Below are positions 36,354 through 47,500 of a stretch of DNA of 64,000 nt, one piece after another. The stretch covers positions 46,390-110,389 of the forward strand of contig JBGUYY010000086.1 in NCBI GenBank assembly GCA_045222555.1, in the 5' to 3' direction. The notes under the pieces are model-generated. The model saw nothing but the letters and a program-made list of their open reading frames with translations, did not search any database and had not been told where the DNA came from. Position 1 is the first letter of the stretch; each line of letters begins with the position of its first letter. Origin of the DNA: Bacteroidales bacterium (GTDB lineage Bacteria > Bacteroidota > Bacteroidia > Bacteroidales > WCHB1-69). The position numbers were made by a program, and so were the translations under genes.

Positions 36354-37124
36354 TTATGAATTTTCGTTAAAAATTTTAATCTCTATTTCTTGTCCCACAC
36401 ACCATTTTGGCAATATCACCAACTTCGCCCCATAACTCACAATCTCCAACACTCCCAATGAATTCGCCACCAAATAGGGTTCATAATCCGTCTCGTAGCG
36501 TTCATGGAACTTCCGAATCACACAGGCACTCAACCTGATCTCAAACGACTGGTCCCCTAACACCTCCTTGAACAGATCCGCCGGAATGTTCGTCACCACA
36601 TTGTGATGACTGTCAATATACATCACATGGCCTTTCAGCACACGGTCGACCTCCAAATAGGCATACCGCAGCAGATAGTTTTTGGTCTCCAACACCACCT
36701 CCTCTGTCATATCCTGACAACGGCCAGCCGAACAGGCCTCTGCTAAGCGACACATCTGCACCAGACAATCGTCATCGCTTCCCACAAACCGACGCACCTG
36801 CAAAACCCCATCCGGGAACAAAGCCGGGAGAACCCCATTGTCAACTCCAATAAAATAATGTCCATCCATCTTCACCACCACAGGCTTCTCACAAGTCGAT
36901 CGGGAAACCCCTGTCAACAAAAGATGCAAACTTCCTTCCGGAAAACGATGGTACAAACGAGACATCATGAACGCCGTCTGGTTGACATCCAGCAACTCCA
37001 CATCATGAGCCAAGTCCACAATACAGGCATCCGGGAAACGCTTGTACAGCTCCCACTTCAACAGTCCCAACGATACGTCATCCCATCCCCAGTCGCTGAT
37101 CAATGTAATCACTTGTCTCTCCAT
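36354..37124 (-). CDS. SAM hydroxide adenosyltransferase / SAM-dependent halogenase family (DUF62) protein
   Basis: 256 aa. The N-terminal ITLISDWGWDD...IVDLAHDV matches the DUF62 hallmark (T-D-F-G...D-x-x-H). Its stop lies 3 nt before the next gene's start. Confidence 0.65.
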   Translation of the reverse strand: MERQVITLISDWGWDDVSLGLLKWELYKRFPDACIVDLAHDVELLDVNQTAFMMSRLYHRFPEGSLHLLLTGVSRSTCEKPVVVKMDGHYFIGVDNGVLPALFPDGVLQVRRFVGSDDDCLVQMCRLAEACSAGRCQDMTEEVVLETKNYLLRYAYLEVDRVLKGHVMYIDSHHNVVTNIPADLFKEVLGDQSFEIRLSACVIRKFHERYETDYEPYLVANSLGVLEIVSYGAKLVILPKWCVGQEIEIKIFNENS

Positions 37125-37154
37125 CCGTCAAATACTATTTACATGCCTGTCATA

Positions 37155-38417
37155 CTACTTTTTCCACAAGCCCGTACAAATCTCATCGTGCACCAATAAC
37201 CGCAATTTGCTCTTCGACAACAGATTTTCTTCCGCACTCGGATACACCCGATTGGAAAGAAAAATATAGATGAACTCATTCTGCGGATCACACCAAAACA
37301 CTGTGCCCGTAAAACCCTGATGCCCGTACGTTTTGTTTCCTGCAAGAAGGGGCAACAATCCCGTCTCGCCAGTAAACTTCGGGGTGTCAAAACCCAGTCC
37401 GCGCCGCTGGCAGCCGTGCATCGGGCAGGTGCTCACAAACTGAAGCACAGTTTTCTCAGAAAGATAACGATAGCCATCCCACTCTCCGCCATTCATCAAC
37501 ATCTGCAGGATGATGGCCACATCGTGGGCGGTGGAGAAAAGCCCCGCGTTGCCGCACACCCCGCCGAACACTGCCGCCGACTGGTCGTGTACATAGCCGC
37601 GCAGCTGCTGCTTGCGGAAATAGGTGTCATTCTCCGTAGGCGCAATATTCTCTACAGAAGTCCACTCCTTCGGGTTGAAACCTGTGCGCATCAAATTCAG
37701 CGGGCGATAAAAATTTCTATTTAGGAACTCATCCATCGGTTCACCCGTTATCTTTTCCACAATTTCCTTCATCAAAATGAATCCCAAATCACTGTACACA
37801 TACTTCTTCGGTCCAAGGGTGAGATGCGCAATCTTATATAAAACCGTATCGGGATAATCGGCACGGAGATAAACGCTGTCGGCCACTTTCACCGAATAGA
37901 GAGAGTCTGGCGTAGAGTGAAGGTAACGGACGTCCCACACTCCTTTAGGAGAAATTTGACGGTAAAAGGGAACAAAAGCACTCAGTCCTGAAGTGTGGGT
38001 CATCAGCTCAGCAATGGTAAGATTGCCAACGGGCGTGCCCATAGTATAGTTGAGATAATCGGATACCTTATCCGTAATCCGCAACAGATGGTCATCATAC
38101 AGCTTCATCACCGCGAGCGTGGTGGCGAGCGACTTGGTCATGGAGGCCACATCATACATCGTGGAATCATTAACGGGAGAAATGGTATCGTAAGTCTGAT
38201 AGCCAAAATTATGGTCATAGACCACTTTGCCCTTATACAGCGCCAAAATCTGGCATCCGGGCAGCACGTGCTGGTCGATGCAACGCTGCACCATATTTTC
38301 AATACGTTGGTTATACTCGGGAGAAAGCGCACTATAGCCCTGCGTTCCCTGCGCCCTAACCCCTTCATTCACAAAGAGAATTAAAGCAAGAATAACAATG
38401 ACCAGTCTTTTGAACAT
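37155..38417 (-). CDS. serine hydrolase, beta-lactamase/transpeptidase-like (class C-related) family
   Basis: 420 aa with a signal peptide. S-x-x-K motif ASMTKS, YSD (Y-x-N-like) and the HQGFTG region. Confidence 0.8.
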   Translation of the reverse strand: MFKRLVIVILALILFVNEGVRAQGTQGYSALSPEYNQRIENMVQRCIDQHVLPGCQILALYKGKVVYDHNFGYQTYDTISPVNDSTMYDVASMTKSLATTLAVMKLYDDHLLRITDKVSDYLNYTMGTPVGNLTIAELMTHTSGLSAFVPFYRQISPKGVWDVRYLHSTPDSLYSVKVADSVYLRADYPDTVLYKIAHLTLGPKKYVYSDLGFILMKEIVEKITGEPMDEFLNRNFYRPLNLMRTGFNPKEWTSVENIAPTENDTYFRKQQLRGYVHDQSAAVFGGVCGNAGLFSTAHDVAIILQMLMNGGEWDGYRYLSEKTVLQFVSTCPMHGCQRRGLGFDTPKFTGETGLLPLLAGNKTYGHQGFTGTVFWCDPQNEFIYIFLSNRVYPSAEENLLSKSKLRLLVHDEICTGLWKK

Positions 38418-38434
38418 AACTACTCAAATATCCG

Positions 38435-38442
38435 CAAAAATA
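38435..38442 (-). promoter_or_regulatory. Bacteroidetes -7 promoter element (TAnnTTTG)
   Basis: TATTTTTG, 17 nt upstream of the beta-lactamase-family gene ATG. Confidence 0.5.
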
Positions 38443-38501
38443 AAAGATTGTAATGAAAAGAGAGGATAAAGGGTCTGAATTTTATAAACAAAAAAATGTA
38501 G

Positions 38502-38530
38502 AAAAAAAGGGGCTCCCTTTCGGAAGCCCC
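38502..38530 (-). terminator. Rho-independent terminator after the giant surface-protein gene
   Basis: GC-rich stem ggggctcc / gga(a)gcccc with one bulge and loop ctttc. The A7 on the plus strand is a U7 tail on the minus strand. Confidence 0.7.
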
Positions 38531-38552
38531 TTTGAGATATTCATATCAGGAA

Positions 38553-41500
38553 TTATCTGACAATCACAACACGTTTGGTCACGACAACATCCTTGCTGCG
38601 AGCCGTCACCATGTAAACGCCCTGAGCGAAATCGCTGGTGTTGATCTTGATGATCGGAGTAGCATCGCTGTCGATGTTGATGTTGGTGTTGCTGAGAGCC
38701 TTACCGTTACCATCAGAGAGGATGACGGAAGTTTCACCCTGGAAGCCGTTGAGCTCAACCGTGACGTAGTCGCGAGCCGGGTTCGGGTAAGCCACCACAG
38801 TAGGAACATTGCCAAGCGGATCAACAGTAACCACACCCTCCATCGGATTGACAAACGGAGTGCTGGTGGAAATCGGTTCGCCGGTAACGGTCATAAAGAT
38901 ATTGGCAGAGGAGATAACTCTGCTAGTCGGAGTAGCATTCTGACCACCCACCTTACCATCATCGTGGCAGTAACCTTCACCGCCCCATGCGCTACCACCA
39001 GTGTACTCAACCATTTCAACATGGATCATGTATTCACCAGGCTGTCTGAACTGAGTGAAGGCAATGGTATTCGGACGACCGTAGAGGTAACCGTTACCAG
39101 AGTTGGTCAAGAAGGTGAATGTACAGTTGTATTCAGGAGTCAACCAGCAGAGGTCGAAGTAGTTGTAGTGGTTACCTGCGGAAACACCCATACCGATACT
39201 CGGATAATCAGACGGGATTACGACAGGAGCCGTAGTGAAGGTCTGAGCATTGAGTGAGTACTGGTCCATATAGGTGCGGAAGGTCGGGGTGAAGTAATCA
39301 TCCACATCAGAGGTGATCTCGATCGTATCGGTACCAACGATTCTGAACATCGTATAGTGGAAGCCCACCTTCACATTGGTACAGTTCATACAGTTACGAT
39401 CAACAAAGATCTCGAAGCCCTTCGTACCGGCAGCATAGTTGCCCGTCTCGAAGCTACCGCGGATTTCACGCTCCTGCAACGTGCTGGCATCAGCATTGTT
39501 GTTCATGTCACGCACCAACAGGTAAGCATCATCCGTAACAGTCAGATGAAGGATCCAGACGCTATCGCAACCGTGGATGGTTTGCAGACTGTCATGGATC
39601 AAGTAAACCGTATCGTTCACCGTAATCACAGTACCATCAATCACAACAGGATCAATAGCGCGGTCGGTGTGACCAGTCCAAGTGAACGGTAATTTAGAGA
39701 TACACACGCGAGCGGTATCATGGAACTCGTAAGTCGGATAGATGGTCAGCATAGCGGAAGCTGTGTCGGAGCAGCCGCGTGCATCCACCACTTCAACCAT
39801 GAACTTGTACTCGCCTTCAGCGAAGTTGGAGAGGTTACCAGAAGTGATGGTGGTAACATTTACATCCGTCTGATCATCCCATCCCGTTCCGGTCAACTGA
39901 GTAGTATCACCATTCTTCACATAGGACCATGTGTAGCTGTAGTTCGGCGTACCCTGCTGACCAAGAGGCAGGTTGGTCTTCAATCTGAAGTCCACATTGT
40001 CGCAATTCTCAGTAAGCGAATTATCGGAAAGGTCTGTGATGTCAAGCGTCACCACCAAAGTATCGGGCTGCAGCACCTCAATAGTGCTATCAGCAGCGTG
40101 ACAACCGTCAGCATCAACTGCCTTCACGGTATAGGTACCAGCGGCAACACCGGTGAATACCGTATAGTTATCGGTAATTTGGTCACTCAGAACCTGACTA
40201 CCACCCAACCAAATGCTGACCGTATCATTGTCGGTGCCGCCAGAGACCCAAACCATGATGTTACCATCAACCATGCTGTGGCAGCTTACGCTATCCATTC
40301 TCACAGAGTCGATGACGAGCGGAGCAGGAACGGTAACACGGATAGTAGCAGTGTTGGTATTACCACAAGTGTCTTTGTAAGTAAGGGTAACGATGGTGGT
40401 ATCCGTAATCACATCATCCACAGCAGGAGACTGCGTGATCTCCATGGCTGCGCTGGTGCAGTTGTCGGTGTAGTGAGCGCGGATAGAGTCAGACACATCC
40501 GGAATAGTGAAAGTACAGTTACCTATGGAGGTAGCAGCAACATCACCCAAAGCAGTCACATCCAACGTAGGACGTGTGGTATCCTTAATGTTAATGATCT
40601 GAACAGCAGTATTTGCGTTACCGCATTCATCGGTCACGGTGTAAGTTCTGGTCACATAGTTATCATTCTCACAACCCTGACCATTGCGGGTCTCAACATC
40701 AGTGTGAGTAACCGTCACTCTGTGGCAGTCGTTAATCGTCAGACCAGCACCTACGAGCAGAGTGCTGTCATCATATACGTCTACACCAGAGAGAGAGTAA
40801 CCGCAGTTGTCATCCGTGTAAACCAACGCTGAAGCAAGCGTACCCGTAATCTCAGGCTTCACAGTATCATAGATATAGATGTACTGCATGAACTGTGATT
40901 CATTGCCAGTGCTGTCCACCACAGTATAGGTACGAGCAATCGTGTCGGGGCAGGTACCAGCGGAACGCACCTCAGTATAAGTAAGTTCATTCTTCAACTC
41001 ACAATCTTCAATGCTGGTCATACCCAGATAAGCGAGTGCCTCAGCAACCGTCGTAAAGACAGCGGGACGGGTCGGGTTGCAATCACCAGCGGCGGAGTAC
41101 AACAGTGAATCCTTAACCTTCGGCAGATTCGTCAGAGCATCCGTATATTCGGTGGTAATAATCGGATTATTCGTATCGCGGACAAAGATGTCATGCGTGA
41201 AATCAGTGCTATGACCACAAGTATCAGCGATGGTGTAAACTCTATGAATCTTGGCAATATACGGCAGGTTGGTGAGAGCGGTGTAAGAAGTATCAGCCAC
41301 GCAGGTCATGTTGTTATCCAGGTTGCAGTCGGTAACCGTGTAGCTGGTGTAAGCGGCCAACAGGTCAGAAACCGTGGTGAACTCGGCATCAGCATTGAGG
41401 TCGCAATCCGGATGATCGTTCATGTAGGAGGTGTCGCCCGGCAGTTCGGTGAAGCTGAGAACCGGTGCGGTAACATCCTGAATTCTGATCAGGTGGGTGA

Positions 41501-44500
41501 AGGTAGTATTGGAAATATTACCGCAGCTATCAGCAATCTTATAGACGCGGGTCACCACACGCTCGCAAGAGATAGCAGTAGTATCTTCATCGGTAACATA
41601 AACCTCTGAAGTATTACCCACGTTGCAATCCTCAACCTCGAAGGTCGGGTCGAAGGCGATCACCTGAGCATAGGTGGTGAACGGATCCACATCGTGACCT
41701 AAGCAGTTAGCGCTGGTCTCATCCATTTCAATAATGCTATCTTTAATAGTAGGAGTAACCACAACCGGCACAGAGGTATCCATCATGCGGATAGCCTGAA
41801 TGAACTCTTCGGAGACATTACCGCAGGAGTCAGCAACGGTGTAGTAAACCGTATCAACGGAGTAGCAACCGAAATGCTTCCAAGTAGCAGTACGGGTCTG
41901 AGTAAATGTGGTAGGATCAAGGTGGCAATCAGTGAAGCTGTAGCCATGAGCAATAGCATCCGTAAGAGCAGTCCAGTGCAAACCAGTAGTATCGGTGCTC
42001 GTGCACTGCGGATAAGTCATGTAAGTGGTATCCTCATCCAAAGTAGCAGGAGCCGTAACAACAGGAGCGAGCTTGTCATCATACTTCACACTCAAGGTGA
42101 ACATATTGTCGGAGATATTACCGCAAGCATCCTGAACTCTGTAGTAGTAGTGGACGTAACGGGTACAAGCATCGTCAGTAGTGTCAATGTGATCAGTAAT
42201 CAGTTCATTGCTGTCAAGCTTGCACTCGGTAACAGTGTAGTGGTTATCGAAATCATACAATTTCTTGTAAGTATCAATATCCAGAACAATCTGCAATGCA
42301 TACACGCCGCAGTTAGCATCCTGAACAGTATCAATCGTATGGATATAGCTGTCATCAACGACAGGTTTCACAGTATCCACAGCGATGATGTACTGATAGA
42401 GGGTATCAGACACATTACCGCAAGAGTCGGCGATGGTGTAAGGAACAGTAACCTTAATGTTGTTGCAACCTTCGTCTTCTTGACGCTGCGGGAATCTGGT
42501 AAGGTTAGCTGAAGAAAGGTCAATGTTACAATCCGTAATATCATAACCATGATTATAAGCATCATCACCGTTAGTCCAGTAAGTAGTGCCCAAATCCGGA
42601 AGGTCGCAATTGGCTTTTCTGTAAACCGTATCGTTCTGAATATTCGTAAACTCAATAGCAGGTTTGGTGGTATCCATAATCACCACATTGAGGGTGAACT
42701 TGCCATCGGAAATGTTACCACAGAGGTCTTGGACTTTATAGTAGAGATGTACAATACGTGAGCAACCAGGAGCGGTAGTATCGCTAACGAGTGTAGCATC
42801 AGTAGCAGCAGTAACCAAAGTATTGCTGTCCAATCTGCATTCAGTTACACTATAACCATTATCTAAATTGTAAAGGTCTTTGTAGGTAGCGATATTGAGG
42901 ATAGCATCCGGTACCGTGAAGGTGCAACCAGGTTCAACCAAGTAGATGGTGTCATTGTGCTCGAAAGTAGCCACCACCGGTTTCACCGTATCCATCACAT
43001 AAAGGGTATCCATGAAAGTGGTTTCGTTGTTGAAGCAGTCAGTCACATGGAAGGTGGTGACGATGGTCTTTTCCGGACAGTTAGCCTCGGTCACCTCGCT
43101 GGTACCACGAGTGATGGTGATGCCGGAGCACTCATCGAAGCTCATCGTCCAGTTATAACCACTGTATAAGCTGGTGTCCGTCAAAGCAGCATAACGAGCA
43201 GCGGTGTCGGCAGTAACGGCATCGCAAGTAGCCGTCATATAAACGGTGTCTTTCGGTGTAGGACCGTTGACAACCGGAGCAATGTGGTCAACCACATGGA
43301 TAGTATCCACTAAGAGAGATGAATTGCCGCAACCATCGGTGATGGTGTACACGCACATGATGGTGGAGTCGCAAGTGGCAAGACTGCCAGAATAAAGGGT
43401 ATCCACATTAGTAACTGAAAGGACACCATCTCTCGGGCAATCCGTGATACCTGCGCCAGCAGCGATCAGATCATCCACATTATCATAAGTCGGGAAGGTG
43501 AAAGTACAGCTGCTTGACAATTCAACATCCGTGCTGAAGTGAGTAACTTGCGGTTTGGTGGAGTCGGTAACAACGACGTTCTGGTAGATCGTGTCAGCAT
43601 TACCACAGTGGTCTTTTATAATGTAAGAAACTTTATAGATCGTCACACAATCATCACGCATCACGAGAGTAGGAGTAACATTTAAGTCATTACGTCTGAT
43701 GGTGAGGATACCTACCGGGTAAGCACAATCGGTGATATTGCTAATACCCAGACTAGTATGAGAAGCCAAGAAATTAGCCAGAGTATCACCAGGGTTACCC
43801 AGCGTATCAAACGTCCATGTAGTAGATGTCATAGCTTCATTAACAGATTCTAATGCATCACAACCTGCATTGTAATAGATGGTGTCGTTCGGCATAGTAT
43901 CGCCAGAGACATAGGTAATAACCGGAGCCGTTGTATCAATAACGGTGAACTGGCGGTCATACTGAGTACGGTTACCGCAAGCATCTACGGAAGTAAATGT
44001 AATGTATTTGGTTCCAAATATTTCTCTACTACTATACACTCTACAACCATTATAGAACGGAGCAGTAGCACTGTTATTAGTAACCGGATAAGTCGTTTGC
44101 TGACAGCTGTCACCCGCATCCGGGATGGTGAGCCATGCAGTGAAATCAGCTTCCCAGTTGCTGCAATCCACCGTGTCATTTTCAGGAGCATCGTACTGCG
44201 GTCCAACGCGGTCAATGATACGGAAGTGCTCAATCACCGGAGTAGAGGTATTGCCTCTACAATCCTTGGCAATCCATTCAATGGTATATCTACCATCGCA
44301 ATCGTCACCCTGCCAGCCCACATAGTGCTTGCCATCGGACGATAATGTAGTAGTATCGAATAATTCACGTGATGTACCATTAATGTAGTAAATTTCAACA
44401 GTAATATCATCGTCACACTCATCAACGTACTGAACATGGTTGATCCAACTCTTGAGGGTGTCCAAATTACCATGGCCATCGCATTCCACCTCAACCTCTA

Positions 44501-47500
44501 CCTGAGGACCAACGACCATATAAGGAGGCGTGACGTCATCAATCGTGAAGACAGACATAGCTGAGTCGACATTACATCCATCAGTGAAATACCAATATGC
44601 GGTATCAATGAAGGAAGAAGTACACGGAGCAGAAGGATGGGTTCTGTAATAGACGAAGTTTTCTAACCAGCAAGTGTCATTGCAATGATCAGTAATATGA
44701 ATATTGTTCTTCCAATTCAAATAATCATCATCAGAAGTTGCGCAGTCATAAATAGTGACATTGAACCAGGGCTGAGTCAGTACAGGAGGAACGGTATCCA
44801 ACGTGTAGATATTGGCCTTAGCAATGGTCGTCAAGCCACAAGTGTCGGTCAATGTGAAAGTATAGTACTCAATGGTCGTCATGTTGTTACAGAGCGTATC
44901 AATGCTATCCAGAGCGACATCCATTCTCACACCCGCACAGTTGTCGGTGAAGCGAGGATAACTCTTGAAAAGAATACGTTTCGCATCCAAATCATTGTCA
45001 ACGCAGTAAGCAGTGTCGTTCTTCGGAGCACGTGTGAACCAAGGATGGATGGTATCGACAATCGTGATACGCTGCACCTGATCGGCTGCTGCGTTACCAC
45101 ACTCATCTTCCAGATGCCACGTTCTCAAAATGGTATCGCTGTTCACGCAAGTGGCAGAAGCAACCACCACATCCGTGTAAGTAGCCTCAATACCCGTAGA
45201 GCAGTTATCATTCTCATCGAGCACATCACCCGTAGCAGTAACAGCAATGTCAGCATTACAGGTAGAATCTTTGTAAACGATGGTATCGTTAGGACGAGTG
45301 AAGGTAGGAGCCACCGTATCTTTCACGGTAATAGTGTAAGCCACAGTAGCAGCGTTACCGCACTTATCAGCAACCGTGTAAGTTCTCAAGATGGTAGCTT
45401 TTGCTTTGTCAACGCAAGCCACATCCGTAGTATCGTCGGCGAAGGTCACCGTGAAGTCAGTAGCAACGGTAGTACAGTTATCGGTAATGGTATCCAGACC
45501 GAGAGCGATAAGGTCGGCGAAGTTGTCAACGGGAGCGGGGACGGTAGCAGCGCTTCTGTCGCAACCGATCACGATGGTATCGGCGATAGCACCGGCAATC
45601 ACCGGATTGGTGACGTCAACAATCTGGAACTGGTCAGCGTTCTTGGTAGCTTCACAGAGAGAATCATCAACCACCTTGAAGGTGATGTTGAAGGTCGTGT
45701 CACATACAGCAGGATCAGTTTCAGTATAAGTATAGGTATCGGTCAAATTGCTGTTGCTAGCAATCGGATAGTCAGTACCATTCACCGTCCAAGTGAAAGT
45801 ATGGTTGGTGGTACCACCAGCCACGGTAGCGGTGACATCATAGGTACCCTGGTAGGGACATTCAGTAGCGTTAGGAGTCACGATGCTGACCACCTGCAAG
45901 CTGTCGTTCTGCTTGATGGTGTCGTTCCAATCCACGCAAGGACAGTTGTTAACGTCGGTGACATGGATGGTGTAAACGCCGGCAGGAAGAATACGACCGG
46001 TGGTGTCAGCAAGGTCGCTTCTGGTCTCAGTGCGGACAGCGTTGTTGAGGCTGTCGTTCCAAGTGAAGGTATAGTCGGCAGTACCACCAGCGATGGTAAC
46101 GGCCATGTTACCATTAGACTCACCATAACATTTCACATGGTTAAGGATGGTGAGAGCGGTAATTTGCAGAGAGTCGGGTTCGGTAAGGGTGAAGCGGATG
46201 GTATCTTTACAATCGTGACCGTCAACAACAGACAGCACATAGTCACCAGCCTCGAGGTTAGCGACATGATAGGTGTTATTGTCGTTGATGGTGGTATCCA
46301 TCGTCACAGGACCTTCGAGTTTCACCACATACGGCATGCTACCACCGGTGAGGTTATAGTCGAAGTTACCGCTGGCGTTCTTCCAGCAGGTCAGGTTCAT
46401 CACATTGGCGGTGTCAAGTTCGAGAATGTTCGGGGAGCTCACGTCGAGCGTGTCAGCCTGATAAGTACAGCCGTTAGCATCGGTGATGGCCACGGCCCAC
46501 AGACCCTTGACCAGGCCTTCGAAGCGGAAGGTGGTGTCGGCATCGTAGCCGCCAGTCTGGGTGTAGGTAGTAGTTTCGCTCACGAGGCTGATGGTAACCG
46601 AATAAGGACGGACGCCGTCTTTCACCATAATGTCCACAATACCGTTAGCATCGCCAGAGCAAATCACATGCTGGAAGACGCTGTCGGTAGCGGAAACGTG
46701 AACGTAAGGAATGGTAACGGTTACTTCAGTGCTGTCTTTATGACCGCAGTTGTCGGTAGCCACCACCCAGAGAGTAGTGTCTCTGTAGATACGGGTATTA
46801 GCAGCGATGGACTGTGCCCAAGTAACGGTACCGCAAGCGTCGGTCACGGAGTCAACCAGAGGAGTGACATCAGGAATCAGGTAAGAGCAGTCACCATCGT
46901 AAGAGGGAGCTGCAGTAGTATCGGTGTGAGCCATGAAGATGTGAGGAACATCGGTATCTTCCAATACATAGAATACATCGATGAGGGTACCCATGATGAT
47001 GGCGCAACCGCGTGCGTCGGTACCAGAAAGGATGGTATCGGCAATCGTGATGGTGTCGCAAGTCGGGGTGCCGGTGAAGGTCACCGTAGCGATGTTGCCG
47101 CTGATGGTATGGGTGGCGGTGGTATTGCTCCAGTTCAAAGTATAGGGAGCGGTACCGTCGGTAATGTCAGCGGTAACGACATGGTCAACATCGGTCATAC
47201 AGAAAATTCCGTTGTCAGCAGCCGTGATGCTGTCGCCATCGAAAGTGGTGATGGTGACGGTAGCGAAGTTGGGCTGGATGGCGATACGGATTTCAGTGCT
47301 GTCTTGATGACCGCAGTTGTCAGTAGCAACGATCCATGCTGTGGTATCGTTAAAGATCTCGGTGTTAGCAGCGATGGTCTGAGCCCAAGTAGCCGTACCG
47401 CAGTGATCAACGATGGAGTCAATCAGCGGGGTGAGGTCAGGCATCAGGTAAGAGCAGTTGGTGCTCGTTGACGGGAAGGCAGCTGCGGAGTCGCCGTTAA

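Noticed and set aside
44685-47471. A 928-aa open reading frame on the plus strand, antisense to the giant gene. Similar long antisense ORFs occur at 39720..40832, 33035..34711, 2876..3994, 21178..22284, 60417..61526, 22309..23178 and 112..1005.
   Set aside because: In each case the opposite strand encodes a protein with clear family motifs (lysS, nadB, ftsA and others). The antisense translations are low-complexity (G/V/D/H/R-rich) with no recognisable motifs and no promoter boxes. They are the usual shadow ORFs produced by codon bias of the sense gene.
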